NCBI GenBank assembly: GCA_965227295.1
Contig: OZ245742.1
Span: forward strand, 2,496,001 to 2,560,000
Length of the DNA: 64,000 nucleotides
Source of the DNA: Leptonemataceae bacterium
Lineage (GTDB): Bacteria > Spirochaetota > Leptospiria > Leptospirales > Leptonemataceae
Direction of reading: 5' to 3'
The notes under the pieces were generated by a model that searched no databases, was not told the origin of the DNA, and saw only the letters and a program-made list of their open reading frames with translations. A program made the position numbers and the translations under genes. Below are positions 9,901 to 18,598 of this stretch, in pieces; within the stretch, counting starts at the first letter, position 1, and each line of letters starts with the position of its first letter.

Positions 9901-11058
9901 ATGAAAGATCCGATCACGCCGGGCGACTTCAGTGAATTTATGGCCGGTCAGGACTTCGCGTCGACAGCGCGCAGGATTGCAGGAGCACCGGAGGATGCCG
10001 AAGAAATCCGGGCGCGCGTGCGTGGTGTGCTCGCGCGGGCGGAGCAGGACGTCGAACCGGGGCCGGAGGATCTCGCGGCGTTGCTCTCGCCGGCGGCGGA
10101 TGCCTGTCTCGAAGAAATGGCCGTGACGGCGCAACGCATTACGCGCAAACGCTTCGGACGTACGGTGCAGATGTACGCGCCGATGTATCTTTCCAACCAC
10201 TGCTCGTCCACGTGCACGTACTGCGGCTTCAGTTTCGGTAACAAAGATGTGCGACGATTGACGCTCACGCCGGAGCAGGCCGTGGCGGAGGCGGATCTAT
10301 TACACGAGCGCGGAATCCGGCACATCCTGCTGCTCACCGGTGAGGCCTACAAAGAGACGCCCGTCGAATACTTAGAAGAAGTCTGCGCGCGCCTGGCGCC
10401 GAAGTTTCCGTCCATCAGCATCGAGGTGTATCCGTTGTTAGAAGACGACTACCGGCGGCTGCGCGAAAGCGGAGTGGACGGACTCGCGGTCTATCAGGAA
10501 ACCTACGACCCGTTAAGATACTCTGAGTTACATTTAGGCGGCATGAAGAAACGCATGAACTTTCGCCTGGACTGTCCGGACCGGGGCGGCCGGGCGGGGT
10601 TGCGCCGCATTGCCCTGGGAGCGCTCCTGGGTCTGAGCGATCCCGCGGCGGATGCGTACTTCGTAGCGTTGCATGCGCGGCATGTGCTCAAGCGTTACTG
10701 GCGGACCCAGGTGTCGCTTTCGTTGCCGCGGCTGCGGCCGGCCAGCGGTGTCGGAGAGTTGCCGGTAGTCGGCGACCGCGAGTACGCGCGCTACCTGTTC
10801 GCGCTGCGCATCTTTTTGCACGACGCCGGCCTGAATCTTTCGACGCGGGAACCGGCGCACCTGCGGGATCACCTGGCGGAGTTGTGCATCACACACATGA
10901 GCGCGGGGTCGAAGACGGAACCCGGCGGTTATTCCGGGGCGGAGAGCACGGAGCAGTTCGAGATCGAAGACCGGCGCAGTGTGGCGGAAATCCGCGCCAT
11001 GCTCGAAAGCCGTGACCTGGAGCCGGTGTTTACGGACTGGAGCCAGGTATTAAAGTAG
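9901..11058 (+). CDS. thiH: 2-iminoacetate synthase (radical SAM)
   Basis: YAPMYLSNHCSSTCTYCGF, YQETY, SLPRLRP, LSTRE, SAGSKTEPGGY, QFEIED. Confidence 0.96.
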   Translation: MKDPITPGDFSEFMAGQDFASTARRIAGAPEDAEEIRARVRGVLARAEQDVEPGPEDLAALLSPAADACLEEMAVTAQRITRKRFGRTVQMYAPMYLSNHCSSTCTYCGFSFGNKDVRRLTLTPEQAVAEADLLHERGIRHILLLTGEAYKETPVEYLEEVCARLAPKFPSISIEVYPLLEDDYRRLRESGVDGLAVYQETYDPLRYSELHLGGMKKRMNFRLDCPDRGGRAGLRRIALGALLGLSDPAADAYFVALHARHVLKRYWRTQVSLSLPRLRPASGVGELPVVGDREYARYLFALRIFLHDAGLNLSTREPAHLRDHLAELCITHMSAGSKTEPGGYSGAESTEQFEIEDRRSVAEIRAMLESRDLEPVFTDWSQVLK

Positions 11059-11075
11059 GTCCAGCGTAAGTTAGC

Positions 11076-11489
11076 ATGATTCTGCACCGCGTATCCGTAT
11101 CGGCGATCCTGTTTAACGAGGCCGGGCGCATTCTGTTGCTCTCCCCGGACGGGCGAGGGGAGTGGCAATGCGTCGCGGGCCGGTTGGAGGATGAGAGCGT
11201 GGACGACGGAATGCTGCGCGAGATTCGTGAGGAACTGGGGACGGTCTGCGAGGTACGCGTGGTGGACACCATTGACGCGCATACGTTCGAAGCGGGCGGT
11301 GAGCGTTATGTGTCGTTGTATTTCCTGGCGCGGTACGTCGGCGGCGACATCGTACCCGGCGACGATCTCAGGGGTTTCGGCTACGGCTGGTTTACGAAAG
11401 ACGAGGTCGCGCAGATGCAGGTGAGCCGGCCGGCGCAGCCGTACATCATTCACCGCGCGTTCGCGATGATGGCGAAGTACTTGAAATGA
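11076..11489 (+). CDS. NUDIX hydrolase
   Basis: Nudix-box-like GRLEDES...REIREELG. Confidence 0.85.
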   Translation: MILHRVSVSAILFNEAGRILLLSPDGRGEWQCVAGRLEDESVDDGMLREIREELGTVCEVRVVDTIDAHTFEAGGERYVSLYFLARYVGGDIVPGDDLRGFGYGWFTKDEVAQMQVSRPAQPYIIHRAFAMMAKYLK

Positions 11490-11995
11490 TGCAGCGCAAC
11501 CTCGGACCGCTTACGTATCTCTGGATGATCTTCATCGTGGCGTTCGCGAAGATCTCGTTGCCGCTGTACTTTTTCGTCGCCGGTTATCTCGGCGAAGCGA
11601 ACATGCCCGTGCTCATCTGGGCGCTGTTCGGAATCTTTGCGGTGCCCGGCATCGTATTATTGCTGCGCCGACCGCGCCAGGTTTTGTTCGTCGCCGCCGC
11701 GTTTGTTGTGGGCATTTTCGTGGCGTTGACACCGCTTTTCGAAACCCACGGGGAACGCATTCATCTGCTATTGTTCGGAGTGCTGGGCGTAATGATCAGC
11801 CGTGACCTTCGGGAGCGCGGTCCGTGGACGGCGTTGATCGTAGTTTTGATTGCGTGTACGTTAGTGGCGAGCATCGACGAGATCGTGCAGGCTTACACGC
11901 CGCGGAGGATGGGCCAGGCGAAGGACGTGCTGCTGGGCGTGCTCGGCGGGATCTGGGGTTGGTTGATGTGGCGGGCGTACGCGCGCCATGGATGA
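11486..11995 (+). CDS. VanZ-family membrane protein
   Basis: Multiple TM helices; ERIHLLLFG..DEIVQAYTPRR..DVLLG. Confidence 0.8.
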   Translation: MMQRNLGPLTYLWMIFIVAFAKISLPLYFFVAGYLGEANMPVLIWALFGIFAVPGIVLLLRRPRQVLFVAAAFVVGIFVALTPLFETHGERIHLLLFGVLGVMISRDLRERGPWTALIVVLIACTLVASIDEIVQAYTPRRMGQAKDVLLGVLGGIWGWLMWRAYARHG

Positions 11996-12009
11996 TCGGT
12001 TGGAACAAC

Positions 12010-12039
12010 AAAAAAACCGGCGTTCCCGCCGGTTTTCTT
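12010..12039. terminator. bidirectional intrinsic terminator
   Basis: A-tract, then CCGGCG-TTCC-CGCCGG, then T-tract, between convergent genes. Confidence 0.85.
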
Positions 12040-12108
12040 AACGCACAAGCAAGAGGGGTGACCGGAGCGGGCGCTCTCCTCGCGCCCCGTAGGTCACCCC
12101 TCTTGCGG

Positions 12109-13047
12109 TTATTGGTTGTTCTTCGCGTTCTTCGCCATCGTGAGGAAGAAACCTTCCACATCGAACCAGGCCTGGCCGCTGTAGAGAGCGTTTACGATCT
12201 GCAGATGGTCGATGCCGCTGACGTAGAAGTTCCAGGAGGGCTCGCCTTTGTAGGTCCCCCACTTCGCGGATTGAACCGGAACGAGGCCGTCGTTGGAACC
12301 GCCGAGTCCTTTGACCAGGCCGCCGACGTAGCAGGCGGGTTGCAGTAAGAACATGAGCGGATGCTGGATCGGATCGGCCCAGGTCATGTGCGACGTCCAG
12401 CTGTAGTACTTCACACCCGAGGCGTTCGGGGTGTAGCTGTTGAACGCGTTCATGCCGTCGGTGGTCAGCGATTCCAGTGCGGACAGCGCATCCTGCTCGC
12501 CGCCGTAGACGAGGCCGGCGAGCGAGCCGAGAACGTCGGCGACGAAAGGCTCCAGCCAGTCCGGGATAACGCCTTTGACGATATCCGCGACGGGGCTGCC
12601 GCGGTGCGGCGAGCTGATGGTGGTCAGCGTGGATACCTTCGACTTCATGCCCAGATTCGAGGTCATGTACCGGGAGTCGAGGCCGCCCTGGGAGTGACCG
12701 AAGACGTGGACTTTGGAGTAACCGTTGGCGGCCATCCAGTAATTGATCTTGTCTTTCAGTTGTTGTCCGCGCGCTTCGTTGGAAGCCGCCGCCGTTTTCG
12801 TCGGCGCGTAGACCGCTACGCCCTGGGAGCGTAGATAAGAGTCCATGCCGCCCCAGTATTCGGCGATGTTGATGATGCCGTTGGAGTCTTCGCCCCAGCC
12901 GAACAGGCCGTGGGACAGAACGATGGGGTAGCTGCCTTCGAGGGGCTTCGGTGAAGATCCGCCGCCGCCGGCGAACAGGGCGGACGTGGATCCGAGGAAA
13001 AAGATAGAAATAGCCGTGACGGCCGAGAAAAATCTCAGTCGCTTCAT
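12109..13047 (-). CDS. secreted triacylglycerol lipase (family I-like)
   Basis: YPIVLSHGLFG, GHSQGG, SSPHRGS, NDGLV, DHL. Signal peptide. AGGAGAG RBS upstream of ATG 13047. Confidence 0.93.
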   Translation of the reverse strand: MKRLRFFSAVTAISIFFLGSTSALFAGGGGSSPKPLEGSYPIVLSHGLFGWGEDSNGIINIAEYWGGMDSYLRSQGVAVYAPTKTAAASNEARGQQLKDKINYWMAANGYSKVHVFGHSQGGLDSRYMTSNLGMKSKVSTLTTISSPHRGSPVADIVKGVIPDWLEPFVADVLGSLAGLVYGGEQDALSALESLTTDGMNAFNSYTPNASGVKYYSWTSHMTWADPIQHPLMFLLQPACYVGGLVKGLGGSNDGLVPVQSAKWGTYKGEPSWNFYVSGIDHLQIVNALYSGQAWFDVEGFFLTMAKNAKNNQ

Positions 13048-13219
13048 ATTGAACACTCTCCTAAAATTTGTGCGGACTTCGTCTCGCGCGAAGTCCTGTT
13101 TTCGATCGTTTATATTTTTTATATTTTAGAACGACCGTTCCGCCATCATGACATGTCGTCATTGATTTTGCAATCAATAATTTGGAGAACCCGGTGGCGG
13201 TGGCCGGCTCCGCCGGGGA

Positions 13220-14875
13220 ATGTCTCGACACCTGCCGCATTCCGTTTCACACGACGGGGTGCACGCGCTTCGCCTGGTTTCCCTGGTCCTCTTTCCTGTG
13301 GCGGCGTTGTTCGCCTTCCTGCGTTCGTTGCATTTCGACTTCGCCCGATCTTACGCCCTCTTTAACTCGGACGCGTTCTACCCGTACGCCTTCGCGCGGG
13401 ATTTGCTCGACGGCGCACGTATGAGCGGCTGGTCGGTGCCGCCGGCGCCGGCCTGGGTACCGGATTTGATCCTGGCTTTCTGGGGCGTAGCGTTGACGGA
13501 CGCGCTCGGCCTCTCTCCGTTCTATGCCATCTACATCACCGGCGCGCTGTCGGCCGCGCTGTTGGTGTTCGTTTACGTCGCGTTCTTCGCGGCCCTGCGA
13601 TCCGTAGAACCGACGGCGCCCGCTCCCGGGCCGGCCGCTCTGTGGCCCGCGGGTTGGATCTTTCTGGCCGGCGCGACGGTTTTCGACGGCTCGCTCTTTC
13701 CGTGGTTGCTCGTGCCGTCCTTTCATGTCGGGGCCTTCCTGTTCTGGCCGGTGCTCGGCGCGCTCTCTGTGCGGTTGCTGTCGCGGTTGGAGGACGGCGA
13801 GATCTTAAGTGCACGCGGGCGAATGTTACTGATTACGCTCGGACTGACGGGCTTCGCGGGTACGCTGTCGGATTTATTCTTTTTATTGTATGCCTGGTTG
13901 CCGCTCGCCCTGGCGGTGCCGCTGTGTTGGGGCGGTAAGCGCGGGTGGCGCGTGAGCCTGGCGTGGTTCGGCGGGGCGTTGCTCGTGGTCTTTGCGGCGC
14001 TCGTGTTCGAGAGCGTTTTCGTGGATCGGTGGCTGGTGCTGGCCCAGGCGCAACCGAACTTCAAGGGGGCCGTGTCCACGCGGGGTTTGCTCGCGTTCTT
14101 CGAGTACGTGAGTGCGTTCTTCGCCGGGGTGCCGCCCCATCTCGGTGTTCTCTTCGCCGCGGCGTGTCTGCTCGCGGGCCTCGTTGCCTGGCGCGGCTCC
14201 GGCGTCTTAAGATTCTTTGCGATGATGTTTGTCTTTCAGGCGGGGTTCGTACTCGCCGGCAGTTTTCTCGCGAACTATACCCGCGGCGTGGAGACGACGT
14301 TGTATCGTTATCTCGTGTATCTTTTTCCCGCGGCGTTATTCTTTTTATGGTACTGTGCGATCCATGCCTGGCGCTTCGTCGAACGGGCCGTGCCGGTACT
14401 GTGCGGCCTCGGGGCGGCGCTGGTGATCGTTCTGGAGTTATTCGTGCTGCCGCGGCCGGCCGGCGTAAGGCCCGCGCATCTTCAGTTAGCGCAGTGCCTG
14501 GACTCGAATCGTGAGCGCCTGGGCGCGACCGGTGACGCACCGGTCTACGGCCTCGCCGATTACTGGCAGGCGAAGAACGTGAGCTTCTTGAGCGAACGCG
14601 ACGTTCGACTGCGGCAGGTGACGTTCAATCTGGCGATTGCACACTGGAATTCGAACTTCTGGTGGTACGATTTACCGGACGGCGCGGGTTATACGTTTGT
14701 GTTACCGAAGGACCTCGATCGCGCCGGCCTGGCACGGGAATACGGCGAAGCGGTGGACACGTTTGATTGCGCGGGTTTTGAAGTGTTGGTGTATGATCGG
14801 ACGAACCGATTGTTCGAGACCTTTCCGAAACATTTGCTCGCCCCGTGGCTGCGGGCTACCGGGCGGGAGCGGTGA
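13220..14875 (+). CDS. polytopic membrane protein (GT-C glycosyltransferase-like)
   Basis: More than 10 TM helices, N-terminal FNSD motif, C-terminal soluble domain with ADYWQA. Confidence 0.7.
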   Translation: MSRHLPHSVSHDGVHALRLVSLVLFPVAALFAFLRSLHFDFARSYALFNSDAFYPYAFARDLLDGARMSGWSVPPAPAWVPDLILAFWGVALTDALGLSPFYAIYITGALSAALLVFVYVAFFAALRSVEPTAPAPGPAALWPAGWIFLAGATVFDGSLFPWLLVPSFHVGAFLFWPVLGALSVRLLSRLEDGEILSARGRMLLITLGLTGFAGTLSDLFFLLYAWLPLALAVPLCWGGKRGWRVSLAWFGGALLVVFAALVFESVFVDRWLVLAQAQPNFKGAVSTRGLLAFFEYVSAFFAGVPPHLGVLFAAACLLAGLVAWRGSGVLRFFAMMFVFQAGFVLAGSFLANYTRGVETTLYRYLVYLFPAALFFLWYCAIHAWRFVERAVPVLCGLGAALVIVLELFVLPRPAGVRPAHLQLAQCLDSNRERLGATGDAPVYGLADYWQAKNVSFLSERDVRLRQVTFNLAIAHWNSNFWWYDLPDGAGYTFVLPKDLDRAGLAREYGEAVDTFDCAGFEVLVYDRTNRLFETFPKHLLAPWLRATGRER

Positions 14876-14945
14876 GAGGTAGATCGTCGATGCGTTGGCG
14901 GCAATCACTTGACCGTCCTCCGGACTGTATCACACTTACTTTGCC

Positions 14946-16157
14946 ATGCCCCGCCCCGCGCGTCCCAACCTGCTCGATCCCGCTGCGATTCCCGATCCGT
15001 ATCCCATTTACGCGGAGATGCGCCAGGCGGGGCCCGTGTTTCGGTCGCCGCAGTTTCGCGCGCACTTAATACTCGGCCATGCGGAAGTTTCGGCCGGCCT
15101 CAAAGATCGACGGTTTTCCGCAAAGCGGGCGGACGGCGTCATTCAGGCGATTCGCAGCGAAGACAAAAACGAGTTCGCGAACCTGGCCGATGCGATTCGA
15201 CGCTGGCTGCTGTTTCGTGACGGGCCGGAGCATGCGCAACGACGGCGATTGTTGATGCAAGGTTTTACGCCGCGAGTGTTAGGCAAACTGCGCGGGCCGA
15301 TTAAGAGCAGCGCGCATGAGCTGTGCGATCGCCTGGCTGCACAGCATGCGCCCGATGCCGCCGCGCACTTTGCGAATCCGTTGCCGGTGGTCGTCATCGC
15401 GAACATGCTGCACGTTCCGCCCGCGGATCATGCCAGGGTCTTTCGCTGGTCCGAGGACCTGGCGCGTTTCTTCGGTGCGCTGAGCATCGACGCGGAGACG
15501 GCACGTTCGGCCGCGCAAACGAATACGGAGATGTTCGAGTACATGGGCGCGATCGTGCGGCGCCTGCGTTCGGAACCGGGGGATGATTTTTTGAGCGCGC
15601 TGGTCACCGCGGAAGACGACGGCGCTGTCTGGGACGACGAGGAGCTGTGCTTGAATCTGGTGGCGCTGTTGTTTGCCGGCAATGAAACCACGCGGCATCT
15701 TATTGCGCACGGCATTCATCTTTTGCTGACGCATCCCGATCAACGCGCGCTGGTCCGCGAGAGTCCCGATCTATGGCCGCGGGCCGTCGAAGAAGTGCTG
15801 CGTTTTGCGGCCCCGGTGCAGATGATTTCGCGGGTGGCCGCGGAGGACCTGGAACTCGGCGGGCAGCGGATTCGCGCGGGGCAGCGCGTGTTCTTTTGCC
15901 TGGCCGCCGCCAATCGCGATCCGAATGTCTTCGATGAGCCGGATCGTTTTGATGTTACGCGCACGGAAAACCGGCACGTGAGTTTCGGTCAGGGCTCGCA
16001 CTATTGCGCGGGCGCGGGCCTGGCGCGCCTGGAAGCGGAGGTGGCGTTGCGCGTGTTGTTCGAGCGTTTTTCTGAGATCGAGCTGGAACCGGCACGGTTG
16101 AAGTGGGGGTTAACTTTAATTTTGCGCGGCTTTGCGGAATTGGGGGTGCGGTTGTGA
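14946..16157 (+). CDS. cytochrome P450
   Basis: AGNETT (I-helix), EVLR (ExxR), FGQGSHYCAG heme-Cys motif. Confidence 0.96.
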   Translation: MPRPARPNLLDPAAIPDPYPIYAEMRQAGPVFRSPQFRAHLILGHAEVSAGLKDRRFSAKRADGVIQAIRSEDKNEFANLADAIRRWLLFRDGPEHAQRRRLLMQGFTPRVLGKLRGPIKSSAHELCDRLAAQHAPDAAAHFANPLPVVVIANMLHVPPADHARVFRWSEDLARFFGALSIDAETARSAAQTNTEMFEYMGAIVRRLRSEPGDDFLSALVTAEDDGAVWDDEELCLNLVALLFAGNETTRHLIAHGIHLLLTHPDQRALVRESPDLWPRAVEEVLRFAAPVQMISRVAAEDLELGGQRIRAGQRVFFCLAAANRDPNVFDEPDRFDVTRTENRHVSFGQGSHYCAGAGLARLEAEVALRVLFERFSEIELEPARLKWGLTLILRGFAELGVRL

Positions 16158-16738
16158 AGCGAGGCAAACGAATCGCGTCTTACGCGAGCGCGGATTACGT
16201 TCGCCCGTTTTAGCACCCGGGTATCATCTTCGTTGCGCCACCAGTGAATCTGCGATTCCGTGATCTCAAACGAGCCCGACCAACCTTCCGGTTCGAACAT
16301 GGATACGTCAAAGAACAGCCGGCCCTCTTCGGAAATGCCGTAACCGTACCGGCACTGCGGGCGATACCGGCAAAGATCCAGCGGCTCGTCGGATTCGATC
16401 ACTGCCTCTCCGTCCGGCGACAGGCGGATCAGCATGCCGTGTCCGCGATACGCACGCTCTGATTCGGTCCAGCGCGTCTCCGGGCGAACGAACAGAAAGA
16501 CGCTGTAGGTGAATAACGTATATCCGGCGTAGATGGCCGTGGCCAGGGCGCCGGCCCCGCTGCTGTATGCGGCCCCGGCGATTGCAGCATCGCCGGCAAA
16601 GGCCGCGGTCGTGGCCAGGGTATTTTTCGGACCGAGATCGCGCTTTACGTTTGTGACCAGGCATTGGCCGTACAAGACGAGCGTGAATATGACGACGACG
16701 TACTTCATCTTACGTTCGTTCAGAAGGGTAAAGTTCAT
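16001..16738 (-). CDS. hypothetical membrane protein
   Basis: ATGA overlap with the upstream LRR gene; hydrophobic N-terminus. The 3' end overlaps the P450 gene. Confidence 0.55.
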   Translation of the reverse strand: MNFTLLNERKMKYVVVIFTLVLYGQCLVTNVKRDLGPKNTLATTAAFAGDAAIAGAAYSSGAGALATAIYAGYTLFTYSVFLFVRPETRWTESERAYRGHGMLIRLSPDGEAVIESDEPLDLCRYRPQCRYGYGISEEGRLFFDVSMFEPEGWSGSFEITESQIHWWRNEDDTRVLKRANVIRARVRRDSFASLHNRTPNSAKPRKIKVNPHFNRAGSSSISEKRSNNTRNATSASRRARPAPAQ

Positions 16739-17676
16739 TCGAACCCAGACCAGGCAATCACCGTGATGCCGCGGTCTTCGAGTTGTTTGCGTTGATGTTC
16801 GTCGACGCGACAGCCGACCAGGTTCACAAGTTTCAGAGCGGGCAGGGTAAACAGGGCGGTGACGTCCTCAATCTCGTTGAACGAAAGATCGAGTTCTTCC
16901 AGGCTGTCGAGCCCCGTCAGGCCGTCAATCGCGGTGATGTGATTGTTCGATAAATACAGGCTCCGCAGGCGGCTTAAGTTCGCAAGCGGATCGACGGACT
17001 CGATGCTGTTGTCTTCCAGGTGGATGCCGTAAAGATTTATGCAGGCTTCGATGCCGGACAGGTCGTCGATGTCGTATCCGGAAAGATTCAAATCGCCTTC
17101 GAGACCGGCGAGCAGTGAATCGGTCAGCACCTCGTGTTCCAGGCCCGGCTCTTCGAGAACCAGGGCCTCGAGGAAATTCCTGCTCACCGCGTACTCCCGG
17201 TCGTCATCGGAATCCGCATCTTCTTCCTGGTACGGATGCAGAACCTCGTCAAAGTCGGCGTCCACATCGTAAGCCCAGTCAGTGCTATCGTAGTAACGAT
17301 CCACGTCCTCCTCCACGTCGGGTTCTCGGGCGCGCGGTTTCGGCCGTGGCGTGCTGCGCCGCTTCAGCATGGCGTCGATGACTCCGGCCAACGTTTCGAG
17401 CCCCGCGGGATTGCCGCCCTGCGAAGCGCCGTCGATCGTGTTCAGGTACTTTTGCAGACGATCCGGATGGAACGTCTTGATGAGAGTCAGGAACGCCTTG
17501 CCGGGTGCGTCGTTGAAATCACCGTGCAGTTCGGCGGTGTAGGCCCGCCGGTAAATTTCCTGAATTTCGGCGTAGTGTTTGTTGCGGTAGAGTTCAATGA
17601 GTCGAACGGATATGCGTTCGAGGTTTTCCCGGGTGAAGCGTTTTCGGAGGCGGTCTACGAGTTCGGGTAGAGTCAT
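16735..17676 (-). CDS. leucine-rich repeat protein with an N-terminal HPD-containing helical domain
   Basis: LxxLxLxxNxI repeats (LRSLYLSNNHI, LEELDLSFNEI). N-terminal IKTFHPD. Confidence 0.85.
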   Translation of the reverse strand: MTLPELVDRLRKRFTRENLERISVRLIELYRNKHYAEIQEIYRRAYTAELHGDFNDAPGKAFLTLIKTFHPDRLQKYLNTIDGASQGGNPAGLETLAGVIDAMLKRRSTPRPKPRAREPDVEEDVDRYYDSTDWAYDVDADFDEVLHPYQEEDADSDDDREYAVSRNFLEALVLEEPGLEHEVLTDSLLAGLEGDLNLSGYDIDDLSGIEACINLYGIHLEDNSIESVDPLANLSRLRSLYLSNNHITAIDGLTGLDSLEELDLSFNEIEDVTALFTLPALKLVNLVGCRVDEHQRKQLEDRGITVIAWSGFE

Positions 17677-18546
17677 CTACTTCGAGCTTTTTCCTTTCTT
17701 TCCGGCCGTCGCTTTTTTTCCGCCGCCTTTCTTCTTCCGCGACGCCTTCTTCTTTTGCGGGGGTGCCTCTTTCTTCGTGGCGCGTTTCGCCCGCGGCCGC
17801 CGGGGCCGGCGTTCGAGTAACGCGGCGACATCATCCTGCAAACGCTGCGTGAGATTCTTAATGTTCTCTTTCGAAACCTTAGCGTCCGGCGCCTGGAAGT
17901 CCCGGGGGTCGATGACCTCTCCCACCCGATAAATGATCGAGCGCGACGACTTCTGGCGATCGCTGATCCAGCGATTGAGATCCGAAAAACCGAAGGCTCC
18001 GGAAATGGCCGTGGGCACGATGCGAACGCCGGTTTGGAGCGCGATGCGTGCCGCCAGGCCGCGGAAGCGCTGGAGTTTGCCGTTCTGAGAACGGCTGCCC
18101 TCCGGATAGATGACCACCGCCTCGCCGCGTTCGAGCAGTTCCGTGACTTTCTGTACGACCTCGTCGTAGTACTTTATGCTGCCGGCCGCGTCGCCGCTGC
18201 GGTAGGCGCGCACCACCGGCAGTAACCTCGCATCAGCGAACATTTGCGAGATGAGGGCCGTGAGTTCTTCGAGAACGTCCATGAGAATCGTCGGGGCACC
18301 GGCACGCCGGGCGCGCTCCAGAAATCGGCGGATGCGTCGCTCGGGATTGTCGCCGAAGAGTTCGGCCTTCGCGAGATAACACAAGCCGCGGCCGGAGTAC
18401 ATGCCCTGGATGACGGGATCGATGAGATCGCTATGATTGCAGACGATGAGTAACGGACCGTTTTTCGGGATGCGTTCGGTATCCTCCGTGCGTACGGAGA
18501 CCACCGAGTTCAGCAGCGAGTGCAGTAGTAAGGTACGTTGGTCCAT
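17677..18546 (-). CDS. lysophospholipid acyltransferase (PlsC family)
   Basis: NHSDLID, YLAKAELF, IYPEGSRS motifs. Lys-rich tail. Confidence 0.9.
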   Translation of the reverse strand: MDQRTLLLHSLLNSVVSVRTEDTERIPKNGPLLIVCNHSDLIDPVIQGMYSGRGLCYLAKAELFGDNPERRIRRFLERARRAGAPTILMDVLEELTALISQMFADARLLPVVRAYRSGDAAGSIKYYDEVVQKVTELLERGEAVVIYPEGSRSQNGKLQRFRGLAARIALQTGVRIVPTAISGAFGFSDLNRWISDRQKSSRSIIYRVGEVIDPRDFQAPDAKVSKENIKNLTQRLQDDVAALLERRPRRPRAKRATKKEAPPQKKKASRKKKGGGKKATAGKKGKSSK

Positions 18547-18598
18547 CGTTCGTAGAGGCCCCGCGCCGCGGAATCACGGTGCGCCCGGGCGCACCGCT

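Noticed and set aside
13129..13140. GAACG-AC-CGTTC palindrome upstream of the lipase
   Set aside because: Short and single-copy. It may be an operator but cannot be distinguished from chance.
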